The notes: a model not told the origin generated them from the letters alone. Shown: positions 36,780-57,103, numbered from the stretch's first letter. The stretch: DNA of 64,000 nt from Lama glama (GCA_028534125.1 CM052825.1:930001-994000), one strand, 5' to 3'. Numbers and translations: made by a program.

Positions 36780-38930
36780 TGTCCGGGCGGGGGGCTGTGG
36801 GGAGCACAGCCGTGACGCCCACGTCGGGACGAGGACCCTTGTAGGGCGCCGGCTGTGGCCGGATGGAGGGTGGGTTCCCGAGAACCCGTGTGCTGTGCGC
36901 CTTCCGCCCACACCTGCGCACCCCCCGCCTTCCTCTGGGCCCTCAGCTCTCTCCCGACTGTCCTCAGGGCTCTGTCTTGTGCTGGGGGTGTCGGGATGTG
37001 TGGAGGGAGGGTCCTCCAAAGGTTCCTAGCCCAGACGGCAGGGTCTCTGTCCTCCGCTCCTCCCAAGAGCAGCCTGTCAACACATCGGTGCGTCAGTCCA
37101 CCCTGCACGGCTCCCTAGGCAGGGCAGGACCCCCTCACTGTCCTGACCGCACTCCGGTGTCCCGGAAGGAACCGTGCTGCCCAGATGCACCGTGACCCTG
37201 CTGCAGCCTCAGCCAGGGACCCATGCTTAGTGAGCGGGTGGAGGAGGGGCTGTGCACGGGCGAGCACGTGCGTGCCTGTACACTCGTGTTCATGTGAGCG
37301 TGCGTGTGCGTGCGCCCGCTGCCCGCCAGCACACCAGCAGTAACGGGGGTCTCGGGGAGCAGCTGGTTACAGGCGGTCGGTTGGGCCGTAGGTACGTGTG
37401 CAGTCAGAGTTGCACGAGCCTTGGGTTTCCCTCCATCAGGAGACCTGGGGAGGCTGAGCCCCGGGAGGGAGAGGCGGGAGGGGGGCATGTTCTGTGTGGG
37501 TGCGAAGTCGGCGGCGGCCTCAGGCTGGGAGCCAGGCAGTGCCCGCTGCCCGTGGTTCCCGCTGCTGGAGGAGACGGGAGAGCTGGGGAGGCGTGGAGTC
37601 AGGACAAGGAAGGTTGATGGTGATGCGGGCAGTGGGCAGTGGGCTGGGAAGGCGGCAGGGACCAGCCTCCGGGAGCACTTGGATGGTCTGTGGGCAGAGG
37701 ACGCGGGCACTCTGCAACCCTGGTGCTTAATCATCGCCTGGAGCCTTCACCTGCTCTTTCTGGCGCTCAGAGCCACTGAGGACCTCGGAGGCCCTGCGGG
37801 GGGGCCCCCTTCCGAGAGCTGCCCTGGGGCCTCCGTGTGGCCAGGCATAGGCCCCCTTCCCGCCCCTCCTGGGAAGGTGCTTGGTGCCAGCGGGGGTCCT
37901 GGCTCCCGGGTGGGCTGTGAGCCCCGATCCCCACCACAGGCTCACAGCCTTGGGCTCCAGCTCCCGGTTTCCTCTCGACATGCCCCCCACCGTCCAGGAA
38001 GACCCCCAGCCGGCTGCAGAGTCCCTGGGCAGGGTGTCATCCGCCCGGTGTGCCGGAGGAGTGGGGAAGACACAGGGCCCCAAGGGCTGCAGAAAGCGTC
38101 TGCGGCCTTGCTGGCCACCCTCTGTGCCCTGAGGGCAGGCACGGGGTCTGGGCGCCAGTCCTTCCGAGCCAAGGGTGAAAGTGTAAAAAAGCTGTTGATG
38201 CCAGAGCCATGGTAGGTAATCCACATTGGATATCAGTAAGGACCATGGGAATATTTAAAAGAGAGAAAAGTATATATATATATAAAATTATATACACATT
38301 TTGTCGTACAGATTTCGTACCTTCTCTTGCTGTTTGATACTGTCGGTCTCAAGCAGAGCAGAGCTGCCGTGGGGTGTGGCCGGGGCAGGGCCGTCGCCCT
38401 GCGCCGGCTTCTCGCCCAAGTTGGCCGCTCCCGCCCACCGCTTCCCTCGGGCCTCACCCCCCCTCCCCCGCCTAGGGGCCTGCCAGGCGCCCCCAAGTTC
38501 TCTCAGCGCCCCATCCCACGGCCCCGCTGCCCCTTCCCTGGACTGGGCCAGGCCAGGGAGACCAGCGCAGTCCCTCCTCCTCCTCCTCCTTCTCCTCCTC
38601 CCAGAGCGTTGAAATGTCATTGTCACAGTTTTAATATATGGATTTCTTATTTAAGAAAACAGGCTGATTTCCCGTCCCCCGCCCTTCAGGCCCGCTGGCG
38701 CTTCCTGGCGGCAGGGCCCCGCGTGCAAGCTGAGCACCGGTTTTCCGCGCCTCTGGCCACCTCAGCAGTTTCATTTCAATATTTATTTTTGTGCTGCTTT
38801 TATCATGATATAAATTATTGAGAAGAGACCCTACGTCGTGGCCCCTGTTTGTGCGACGCGTGGCCCGCGCCTGCCCCCCCTGCCACACCTAATTTATTGC
38901 ATCTCTGCTGTGACGCTTTTGTGCCTTTGC

Positions 38931-38936
38931 AATAAA
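38931..38936 (+). terminator. MAFK: MAFK polyadenylation signal AATAAA
   Basis: AATAAA followed by T/GT-rich sequence, about 2.15 kb after the stop codon. Confidence 0.8.
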
Positions 38937-40754
38937 GAGTTTTCTGGTTTCAGATCCATCTTGCTGCGTGGTTGGTGCTTCAGGCCAAGACCTCCCCACC
39001 ACCCAGGGGGCCATTGGGTGTGCTGGGCCCCATGTGCCCCCCATGTCCCAGACCCCTCAGCGTAGCCTCCCCTGGGGCCCAGTGGCAGCATCTGGTGCTG
39101 CTTGGGAGCGGGTCACGGGGTCGGACAGGTGCTGGGATGTCTGGAGCCTGCGTGTCAGGACGGCCCCGGCTGGGTGGGGGGCGGACAGGTGGAGGTAGGC
39201 CCACTCCCTTCCTGGATGGGGGGTGGGGTTCCCAAGGCCCCCACCTGCCCTGGTTAGAGCCCCCGTCAGCAGACACAGCCCCCTGTCCCTGGGCGGCTTT
39301 GCTGGCTGGGCTCTAGGGGGAGCTTGCAGAGGTTGGGAGAGACAGGCCCTGCCTGGGGCAGGGGGCAGAGCAACTGAGCAGACTGCCCCTGAAAGCCAGG
39401 CCCTGCCCAGCCTGGTCCTGCCGGGGTCAGCGTGGGGGGGGGGCCTCAGGGTGCTGCCCGCTCCCTACCGCGCTGACCCTCTAGGACAGACAGGTCGGCT
39501 GGTGCTTGGCCCTGGCCTCTGAAGGAGGGTCAGGTGAGTTCCTGACCACTGGCAGCCTGCGCCCCACCTCTGCCTGAGCCCACCGGAGCGGCCCCTCGTA
39601 GCCGGGGAGGTGCCGCTGTGCCGGCCCCCGTGCGGCCTTGGGCCAGCCCTTTCCCTCTCCAAGCCTCGATCTCCCCTCCAGGTGTGGGGACACATGCACT
39701 CAGCACGTTGGGCTCTGTAGCCCCGAGTTTCTCAGTGTCTTCCCCCAGCTAAGCCAGGCCCCGCAGCAGCCCTGGCGGCTCCCCAGCCCCAGCCTGGCAC
39801 TCCTCAGGGGCCCCCAAGCAACAGCGCAGAGACCAGAGCCGGCCACAACAACTTGTGGGTCTGAGCTGGGAGGCACAGGCCCCGGCCTGGCGCTGGGCTC
39901 CCGGGACACGGTGAAGGGCCCCTGCCTGCTCCCTGGGCTGCTGCCCTTTGGTGTATATTTCTGGGGCCATTTCACAGATGAGGACACCGAGGCCAGGACA
40001 AGCCAGGTGACCTTCCTTGGCCACTCCTCGCCCCACACGGTGCAGCCTGGAATCTGTGTGCCTGATTTTCATCAGAGATGGCGAGATGTCCCTCCATCCC
40101 CCCAACCTCGCCCTTGGCAGGGTCAGGCCCATGAGGCTGGCAGCCCCCTGACCTGCTCCAAGGCTCTGTCCCACCCGCGGGTGGCAGGAGCACCGGCCTT
40201 CTCTTACTGTGTTACATCAGAAAAGTCTGGCTGCAGGGAGAGAGGCCGGTGGGGCAGGGTTGGCTGGAGAGCTGGCCTCCCCTGCTGGTTCTGTGACCTC
40301 GAGCATGTAGCTCTGCCTCCCTGGGCCTCAGCCACCTCCCCCGGGCTGCCATGAGGATTGCATGTGCGATTCCTGGCCCAGCCCTTGGCACACAGTGGGT
40401 GCCCCTCAAAGTGCCAGGTGGCAGGACTGCCCCGGCAGCCAGGAGCCCATGCTGTGTCTGCGTCTCCAGAGGGGGGCCCTGGTCCCCTTACCCTCTGGGA
40501 ACACAGTTCTGGGCAACTCAGGCCCCAAATGGGGGGCCTCTCCAGACAAGGGCCTTCGGGGCAGCACCGCCCCCCTCACTCACAGTGCAGCCTGGCACCT
40601 TGCCTCTGCCCTGCAACCTCCAGAAAACCCTCCTTGGTTGGCCCGTCCCCGGGGAGCCCCACGGCCGCTCCCACATCAACTGAGTGAGACGTGGGGGGCC
40701 TGGCCATGGGAGCCTCGTGGGGACAGGCTGGGCGGACCTCTGCCAGCCACAGAG

Positions 40755-40820
40755 GGCACGATAAGGCAACCGGGGACTTTCCAGCGGGCAGCGGGGAGGA
40801 GGCTGGCCTATCTTATCAGG
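40755..40820. promoter_or_regulatory. Candidate 3' MAFK enhancer core (GATA x3 + NF-kB)
   Basis: cGATAAg 40759-65, GGGGACTTTCC 40772-82, CTATCT/TTATCA 40808-18. Confidence 0.55.
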
Positions 40821-42222
40821 CAGCCGGCTGGGCCCTGGGAGAGGCTGCTGGCCTTGAGTCCGGTGTCCCCCAGCCCAAGGAGCAAGGGGGCGGGGGTGAC
40901 CCGACTCTGGCCTGGATTGTCGGGCAGTTCCCACCCTGATGAGTCTCTCCGAGACCTTCGACACCTTTCTCTCTTTCCCTGGTGATGTGGGAGCTGGCGG
41001 CCTAGAGGCGCGGGAGGCTTGCGGCTTGGTGGTGCCCCAGGCCTTCCTGCCACAGTGCTGCCCGCCCCCCCACGCCTGCCTGCTGAGCCTCAGGCACCTG
41101 GGCCGCTGCCCACCACCCTGCACCTTCCCCTGGCTCCCACCCCACCCTACTGAGCACCCCAGACACACTGGACAGACCTGCAACCCGCAGCTGCCTCTTC
41201 ACCCCTGGTGCCCCCTCCCCACGTGGTGGCCCCTGACATCCAGGGCCCGCCCTCACTCCCTGCTGCTGCTGTCCCCTCTCCTGCGTCCCAGACTCCCTCA
41301 GCTCTCTGGCACCGGGCGAGAGGTCTGGGGAGGCAGGCTCCAGGTACAAGCCCCACCTTGGCCTCGTTAACCCAGTGTGGGCGGGGCCGGCACGAGGCCC
41401 CTAACACTGAGGAAGCCGAGGGCCGGGCTCTGGTGGCCGTGCAGGGAGGCCTGTTCCGCCTCACGTCTCCCAGCTCGAGGTCTGCCTGCTCGGAGCTGCG
41501 GCCTCGGGGTGGGCGGGGACCCTGCCCCTACACCCAGGCTCAGCACCGTGGGCTCACCGCCTCCCTCATTCAGCGGAGCCGACCCTGCAGGAACACAGGC
41601 CACAGGAGTCACTAGAAAAACCTAGACTCTTTATGTATAAATAAGCGTGATTCACTGGACGCCAGGCACCCTCCAGGAGTGGCCCCAACGTCTCCCAGAC
41701 CCACATCAGGCACAGCCCCTCAGTGGGGGCCGCTGACATGGGGGGCTGGCCTCGGCCCTCCCTCCGTGGGGCCACAGCGAGGTTCGTGGTCACCCCACCT
41801 CCGCAGCCCGCGTGGCGCCCTCCTGCCTGCAAGGCCTGCAGCTCTAGGGCCTTCGGGGCTGGCCTGCCCCGCTCTCCCTGACCGTCCTCCCACAGCTGCC
41901 TGGCTGGGGATCTGTCCATCCAGGGAAGCCACGTGGCTCCCTGCCCCATGGGGCCTGATGGTCAGCTGAGCCCAGCAGGTCCCAGGGCTTGTCAGACAGG
42001 CTCAGGTGCCCTCTTCCGGGGCCGTGGGCCCACCAGGCGATGGTGTGGCACCTGGGTGCCTGGCAGGGCCACCAAGCGACCTGCTGCACTGTCCGGAGGT
42101 AGGCTGGGACTGGGGCTCTGTGGGTCTGGCAGGAGGTGCCCAGGAGAGGCCTGACCTTTGGCAAGATGGTTCGTGGGTGAGGGGCCCTGTCCTTTCCGGG
42201 GTTGGTGACCCCGAGGCACCCC

Positions 42223-48983
<6,761 letters not shown>

Positions 48984-51900
48984 TCACCGTCCCTTCCGTG
49001 GGAGTCCCCCTCTGGCCCTCCAGCCCACTTTCCCTGACTCTGGGCAGCCCTCCAGGTGCAAGGACCCAACTGTGAGGCCCGGGCCCGGGGCTCAGTCACC
49101 TGGGCAAGGACACCGGCTGCCTGACTGTGACCTAGGCTGGTCCCTATCTCTGGCATCTTGGGCTGTCGGGGAGCCCTCATGTAGGGACCAAAGACATCTG
49201 AGAAAGTCGGGGAGCCCACGCTGCCCTGCCTGCTCGGGGTGGAGTCTGGGAAGCCGGCCAGGCTGGCAAGGTCCACAGCAGCGGGGGAGGTGGGGGAGGG
49301 CAGACCGGCACACACCGGACCTGCCTGACTGACTGTCGGGGCGCCCAGCTCGGCCGGGCCCTGGGCCACCCCAGCCCGCTCGCTCGCCCTGGGTGCCTGG
49401 TCTTCAGCTGCGTGCCAACCTGCTGGGGCACCGGGCACCTCCCTCCTCCCACACCCAAGGCCTCCACCACTCCCTCCAGACTTGGTCACAGGGCCCAGCG
49501 CCTACCTCAGGCAGGAAGCTCCTGGGTAGGCCCTGGTAGGCCCGGCCTCCAGAGAAGCCTAGCTGGTCATTGGCGTGGCCACGTGGGCCCCACTGTTGGC
49601 CCCAGTGGGGGGTGGGGCCAGGCTACTTTCTGTGCCAGGCCTGGGGAGGGATGGCCACCATCTCACCTCCCCGGTGGCCCACCTGAGTGCTTGGCCGCAG
49701 GGAGGGGCGGAGGCCGAGGGGGAGGAGCGGAGGGCTGCCCCTCCCCCGTCGACACTGGATCCCTCCCCCGGCTGTGTGCTGGGTGGCAGCTGGCTCCCAG
49801 GAACCTGCTGGCCACTGGGTGCCCTCACCGGCCTGCACCAGAAGGCCAGGCAGCAGCGGCCTGGCCCTGAGGCAGGTGGGAGGGGTCTGCAGTGAGCCAG
49901 AGTGGGCTGTGCCTCCACAGGGGGCACAGCTTCCATTTAGGGTGCTGGAAAGTTCTGGAAGGAGACAGAAGTGGCAGTTGCACAACATTGTGTGGGTATT
50001 AAATGACACTTACAAATGGGTACCTTCACTAGGAGAGTGTCACCTCCATTTAAAAAGCCCCAGTCCCCAAGAGCTGCACTGGAAACATTTCTGTTTTTTT
50101 GCCGGGGGTGTGGGTGAATGACAGGCCACTGGTCCTGCTTCGGGGCCATGGTCAGCCCTGTACCAATTTTTTTTCTTCAAATTAAATGCATTTAATTACA
50201 ATGCTAGCCCGCATTCACACTATGGACGATCTCTGCGCAGTCCCTACCCTGCAGTGGTGACCCTCGGCCCGCGGCCACCGCAGAGGTCAGCTCAGGTGGC
50301 CAAGGCCCTGGGAAGAGGCTCGCCCACCAGGGCTCCTGGAGGGGGCGCGGGAGTGGGGGCCTCGGCCGGCTCTTGGCTCCACTCCCAACACAAACGGGCA
50401 TGTGCCTCTGTGGCCACCAGGACGCAGTGCCTGCCCTGCACCCATCAGGGGCCCACACATACCCTGTCCTTCTTGACGCCCGACCCTCCCCGTGGCCCTA
50501 AGTCACAGGGTCAAGACCCCTTTTAGGGGTGGGAGTCGGGAGCTCAGAGAGGCTCATCCATGTGTCCAGGGTCCCCCAGGGGTCCAGGGGGAGGCTGTCT
50601 ACGGGGACACCCACCCTGATCCCCCTCCCCTCCGTCCACAGCTGGGGAGTCCCTCAGACATGCCCTGAAGTCATGATCCCGACTCTCACATAAAGCCCCG
50701 GGGCCCTGTCCCCAACTTCCTGTTGCCCTGTACGTCCTCCTCCAAGCTCTGCCAGGAGCCCTCTGTGCCAACTCTCCCCCTTGTCCCGCCTTCTCGGATG
50801 TCACCTCTCCTCTCCCATCACCGCTTCAAATCCCCGAGGACCATCGGGAACCTGGTGCCTTGCCCAGCCCAGACCCAGGGTGCAGGGAGCGAGCGTGCAC
50901 ATGGGCGTCCACTAGGCTCGGCAGGTGTGGCCAATGTGCTCTAAACTGTCTCCAGCCAACGCGAGTTCCCACGAGCCCTGTGCTCCCCCCGAGCCCCACC
51001 TGCCCACAGCGCCAGAGCCCAGCCAGCACCGAGACCTGCAGGTGTGGGCCCGGACCCTCCTGGCCCCTTCTCCTCTCTGGCTTCCTGACCGGGTCGCTCC
51101 AGAGGCAGCCTCGGTACTCAGCTGTCCATCCGGCCCATGGTCTCGGCCACCCTGGCAGGCCCCTTCCCCTCTCTGGGCCCCTGCTTTCACGTCTGTAAAG
51201 GTGAGTTTGGGGCCTCCAGCCCTCCCCAGGGTATGGCATGCAGGGCCCTGCCGTCCCTGGGGGTCTGAGACAACCCGCACTTGCCTTGTCCGGAGCTCAG
51301 GGGAAGGCTCCCGGCCGCAGGGCCCTCCCAGGGCCCAGACCCCGCCGCAGGCCACATACCAGGCGTGGCCCGTGAGCGAGCAGGGCGCCATGGGTGGGCA
51401 AGGTGCTGCTTCTCCAGGGCAGAGGGAGGGGGCTGGGCCGTGCCGAACCCGTGCCCAATGGACAAAGGGTCCTGGGTCTGGGGACACAAGGGGCCCAGCA
51501 GTCCAGTCCTGGGAAGGGCCAGGGAGACACTGACCCCTCGGCCACCCATGGGATTCTCTGGCCCAGTGAGGCCCCACCCCTGGCGGCTGCTGTCACACTC
51601 AGGGGAGGCGGCCAGGCTGGTCAGGCCTGATTTCCCTTCCTGGGGCTGGACGCTGACCAAGCCTGTCACAGGACAGACCTGCCCGCCTGGATGCAGGCAG
51701 CTGAGGCCTCTGACCACTGTTTTCTGTGACCAGGTGTCAGGGCTCCTGGCAGCTCCTGGTCAGACCGTGGGGTGGCCGAGAACCCACAGGCCAGTCCCAG
51801 ACCTCAACGCCCCATCCCAACACCTCCCTTTCACCCCAGTGACCTGATGCCCGGGACTCTTGGCCTTGGGGCAGCATGAACCTCCCTGCAGGCTCCCCTG

Positions 51901-54900
51901 CTGTGCCAGGCCTGCCACCTGGGGACGCCTCTGACGGCACGTGGCTGCTTTCCCACAGGGGACAGACTCTCCCTTTCCTCCTTCCCCTCCCCAGGCCCTT
52001 TCAGCAGCTGAGAGCTGCCCACTCTGGGCTGGCAGAGACAGGGCTGGGGGACAGGGTGGTAGGTGTGTCCTGACACCTCAGTGCCCCGGGCCGGCCCACC
52101 AGCATCCTTTGGCTCTACCCCTGGGGCCCTCACCTGCTGGTGCCCAGGGAGTAGGGGACAGGATCTGCCCCTGGGTGGCTGCGGTGGCCCATACGATGGC
52201 CACTAACTCAACTCTACCCACTGCGGCCTGAGCTGGGATGACTGGACAAGCCCCCTCCCACTCTACCCTTCAGGCTGTGGATGGTCACTCCCGGCCTGGA
52301 ACCCACCAGCCTGGGGACCCTGAGCTGCCCCTTCCCTTCCTCTGGGCCTCGGGGGGCGGTCGACGGAAGGACCCTTCCACTCTGGTTTGGAGAGTCCTCG
52401 CACGGGGGCAGGAGGGAACATTCTGCCTCCTGGAGGCCGAGGTGCCGGCTCCCCACTAGGCCAGGACACTGGGCCCCAAAGCCGGGAGGAGCAGGGCCCT
52501 GGGTCAGACACGTGGGTTGGGCTCCTGGCCTGGCCCTTCACCGCGTCTGTGACTTTGGACAAACCGTGCGCCTGAGTCTCAGTTTCCACCGGGGACTGAA
52601 CAGCCACGGGCAACAGGTCCGCGCTGGTCGGAGCGGGGACTCGGCGGGCAAGGGGGTGCCCGTTCTTCTCAAAGGCGGCCGCGGGCTGCTGCAGCCGGGC
52701 CGCTCAGCCGGGTGCCCCGCCATCCGGGGCGCGTGGTGGGCCTCCTCAGCTTCGGGGCCACAGGGCTGCCCAGCCCGGTCCTGCGGCCCGGTGAAACCAC
52801 ACGGGCCTCGGGGACTTGGCTCCTTTCCTCCCGTCCTCTGCCCTCCTCGTGCCAGGCCGAGCTCCTCCCCCAGGCCTGCCGCCTCAGTCCCCACGAAGGG
52901 CGTGTCTGAACCTGCCTGTAGCCCCAGAGCGAGCTGCCAGCCCCGCGTGCGTGCCCTGCGGAGCCCCCTTCCGTGCGGAGCTGGGGCAGGGGTGCTGACC
53001 GGGGCCTGGCCCGGCCAGGCTGGCCTGAGACCCTTTTTGGTCAGCAGGTGGCATCCTGGGGCCTGGGAGGGGACGCAGACTGGGGTGGAGGTGGGGCAGA
53101 GGACGGGGGCGGGCAAAGCGGCTGCGAGTCCCAGAGTTTCAAGGTGCGGGCGCTTTTCTGCAGGAGTGCGGGGGCTGCAGGCTGGACACCGCGCCTCTCC
53201 TGTGGGCGCGCACACATGTACACGCATGTACACTCGCACGTGCACACGTAGCTCACCTCCCTGGCAGCTCCCTCAGCCGTCTTGCCAGGCCCCTCGGGCA
53301 GGTCTGAGAGCGGTGGCCGGGGGTGTCCGGCCCTGCGGCGGGGCCTCCAGCCCTCTGCGGTCCCTCCTGACAGTGGCCCGGGCCAGCCCCAGGTACGACT
53401 GCTCCTGGGGAGGCGCTGGCCTCTGCCGAGACCCAGGAGACTCCTCCCTGCCGCCCGCCCCGCCAGGCCAGCCCAACGAGCATGGCAGCCCAGCCACACC
53501 CTCCCCGTGCCCTGTCCAGATTAGGGGACCAGCCATCCCTCCATGCGCCACCCAGCTGGTGGCGAGTCTCCCACATCTGCGTGTGGCCCAGGTGTGGCTC
53601 TGGGTGGCTCCTCCCTGGCCACCTGTGTGGGTGGGAGGCTGAGGCACTTTGTACGTGCAGTGAGATCAAACGGGGTGTTATGGGGTCTGCCACCTGTCCC
53701 CCTCTGTTCACGCTGCTCCGTTTCCCTGTGGCCCCTTCATCCCTTGACTGTCCTGCATCGGGGAGCCCCACCCTGTGCCGTTAACGGGGCTACCGCGTGC
53801 ACAGGGCCTACTCTGGGCCGAGGAGCACAGCCCTCGGGTGGTGGGACAGGGAGGAGCTCTGGTCACTAGGAGGCTGAGGGGTGTGGGCCCCTAGCCAGGA
53901 GATGGGGGTGCGGCGGCCTGAATCCCGGCTTGTTCCACCTGCACGGCCTTGAGCCTCAGTCTTCCCGTCTGTGAAGGGGGCTCAAGGATCTGTGTGCCCC
54001 GGGTAGTGTAGCGCTGGTGGCTGCGTGGAGAGGGCATGTCCTGTGTGCCCGCCAGGGGCCTGAGACAACCTGCTTGAGGGCTGGTGTTTCTGGGTTTCCT
54101 TTGCTTGGAAACCTCCCCTCCCTGCTTCCTCCAGCCTCTCTCTCCACTCCCTCCCCTCCCCGACTTCCAGCAGCCACAGTTCTCCCAGTGCCCCCCACAC
54201 CCACTCCGTCCCGCAGGGACACTGGACCCTCTGCACCTTCTCCAGGCCCAGACATGGGTGGTGGCCATTACCAGCCATCTTGTCAGTGAGCAATTCTCCG
54301 CCCACTAGACCCTCCCCTCTTTGCCACGCGATGGGGGTCGTGGTTCTGCACAGCCCACCTTGGGGGGCTCTGGAGAGGTTTGCTGAAGAGACACAGAGTC
54401 CGTGAGAGAAACTGGCAGCCTCTGCCTGCCGTGCGCTCCTGCCTCTGCCCTGGGCCTTCCGGGGGCCCACCCGAGAGCATGTCCTCCTGAAAGCGGCCTC
54501 ACCTCCCCAGGGCTCCAGAGCCTCCCACCTTCTCACAATCCTTCTGGAATTCACGAGTCCTCCACCCCACCCTTCGTGCCACACAAGACAGGCTGGTCCT
54601 CTGTGTTCAGCCGTGGGCAGGACACCTGAACGACACGGGCCTCCCTGCGATCACCTTCCACGTCGTCCATCTGGCCCTCATTCTCATCGCTTACCCGGTG
54701 TCCCTCCTGATTTCCAGCTCTACTCCAGCTTGCTCAGCTGGGCCCTCCTGCACGCCGCTGTCCTGTCCCACGGGCTCCTGGCCATCACTGGTCCGGGGCT
54801 CTGTCCATCCCTGGACTGGCTCCTCAGACTGAAATCCAAGAGCAGCCGCCCTCCTGGCCTCTCCTGATCTCCAAGGGGACCTGCTCACCCCTGAGTCTGA

Positions 54901-56996
54901 GCCCAAGCCGCCGGCCCACGTCCCCTCAGGAAGAGGGAGTGAGAGGGAGGAGCACCCGGGGTCCTCTGCTGGTGGCCCAGCAGAGCAGTGTCGGGCGACT
55001 ACATGGCGCTGGCGCAAGGGCATGGCCTTGCAGAAGGGCGCCTCCTCTCCCAGCCCGTGCGTTCACTGTTTACATTCCGCCGTAAGTTGCTGCAAGTTGT
55101 AATTACAGTTTGATCGCCGGGTAAGCACCACATGCAGCCTTTCCATCTAAAGGAATAACAATTTCCACAAGGGCGACAGCCCTGCCCGCGGGAGCTGCGG
55201 CTTGCAGACCTCTCTGTCGGAGCGAGCTCTCCTCCTGAATTACAGCGGCTGGGAGCCCAGAGCCATGGGAGGCAAAGGGCCAAGGGCCTCTGCACACAGG
55301 TTGTGTGTCTTGATTTACACAGCAGAGCAGAGTGTGCGGCACTAGCTGAAACGATGGAAGCCTTATTCTCAGTCTGTATTTTTAATAGCTACCAGGCAGC
55401 TTCTGGCAGCTGTAAACATGGACTCGGGAAGGCGCTGGGGACCTTGGTGCCAATTAGACATCAGTTGCTCCACCCCGCCCAGGCGGGCAGCCTTGGGACA
55501 GTGCAAATAACAGGGCACAGCTGCATTTACGTCCGAGGGCTGCCGCTGGTCACCAGGGGCTGAAGGACTTGCCTTGCCCTCCTGAGCCTCAACTTTCTCC
55601 ACTGCCTACCCGCTTCTTAAGGGAGGCCACAAGGACCCCATAAGGTGGCTCACAGGAGGCCCCAGCCCCGAGGCTGGATCAGAGCCAGACAGAAGCACAG
55701 AGGCCAGTCTGCCCGCAGTGTCCACAAGGAAGACGCCGGGTCCTCAGCGCAGAGGCCCAGGCCAGGAGACGGGTGAGGGGTGAACCTCATGGCCCCCAGG
55801 CCCTCTGCCTCAGTGGTGGCTGTGACCTGGTGCCTGCTTCCTCACCTGACATGTAGGTGACCAGGGAAGTGGCCTCATGGGTGGACTTGAGAATGAAACA
55901 GTACCATGAGTGGGTGAAGGGCTGAGCGCAGAGCCAGCACATGAGCAGGCGCGGGAGCCAGTCCTGTTGTCACACGTCTAGAGCCCAAATCAGAAAACCA
56001 AATCTGCACATCTGAGCTGGTCTCCTGTCCCGGGTCTGGGTAACCCACTGGTCACGTTTCCACAGACCACACATCTGACCTTTAGATGCCAAGTGTGCTG
56101 ATTACAGGCTGGTGGTGAGTGACGGGACTTTTGCCTGCCTGCGCCCTCCAGTGTGCTCTAACGGGGTGCACAGCGCTCCAGAACTGGCTCCTCCCTGACC
56201 ACCCCCCCACACCTCCCCGTCTCCTTTAACTGGCAGTGCCTGGGTCCCCACACCTGCCATAGCACAAGTCACCTCTGGGGTCCTCACGTGTGGGACAGAC
56301 CTTCCCCCTCTTCTCTGCTCAGTCTGCTCCTTTCTGGCCTTTAAAATGTGTGTCTGTGGCTGCAGAGCCATTGGACTGTGGTACGAATCTGTCTGAGGGG
56401 CAGGGAGGGGTGGACAAAGTTGCCTGGAGTCCTTGAGCTGGACTTGACCGCAAAGGAGCCCTGTGTCTCCTAGGATGGGCCTGCCTCAGTTTCCCCAGTG
56501 GGGGCTGCGGATTCTTGGTCACTCGGACTCCTCGCTCCGGCATCAGCACCCACTCCGGGAAGTCTGGCAGACCCCACGTGTGACTCCCCAGCCCTCCTGA
56601 CGCTGAGGCCACTGGCCGCCCTGCGGCTGGTCCGCGCCCGTGGGTTTACCCGACCAACCGTCTCTGGACCAGACGTGTGCTGACAGTGACCCCCACCCCC
56701 ACCCTGGGGAGGAGCCAGGACGTCTGCAGAGGGGACGAGCCCCTGAAGACAGCTTTCCCCTGCCCCAGCTTGCGCAAACTCACTCTCTAAATTCTTCGCA
56801 AATTGGACCAGCAGCCTGGTCTTTCCCACTGACCTGTCCTCGACAGCGGTTTCTAAATTCAGACAGGATTTCAGAGGCTACTGGTTCTCGGGGAAACCAA
56901 CACAATGACCCCTACCTGATCCCATACACACGCAGGCAGGCCCACCCGGCTTCTCTCCGTGAGAACCTGGACAAGGCGCCCGAGATTCCCCAGGGC

Positions 56997-57103
56997 CGTC
57001 CTGGGCCCACCCGTCTCAGGGGTCCTGGCTGGCCTCTGCTCCCAGACCCCCGTCCTGGGTCCACCCGTCTCGGGGTCCTGGCTGGCCTCTGCTCCCAGAC
57101 CCC
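56997..57103. repeat. Tandem duplication, two units of 54 and 53 bp
   Basis: cgtcctgggYccacccgtctc(a)ggggtcctggctggcctctgctcccagacccc x2. Confidence 0.9.

Noticed and set aside
36054-37019. 321-aa antisense ORF over MAFK
   Set aside because: Shadow ORF caused by the high GC3 codon bias of the MAFK exon.
52281-53642. 453-aa plus-strand ORF as a novel gene
   Set aside because: Pro/Gly/Ala/Arg-rich low-complexity translation with no recognisable domain; expected from stop-codon scarcity in very GC-rich DNA.
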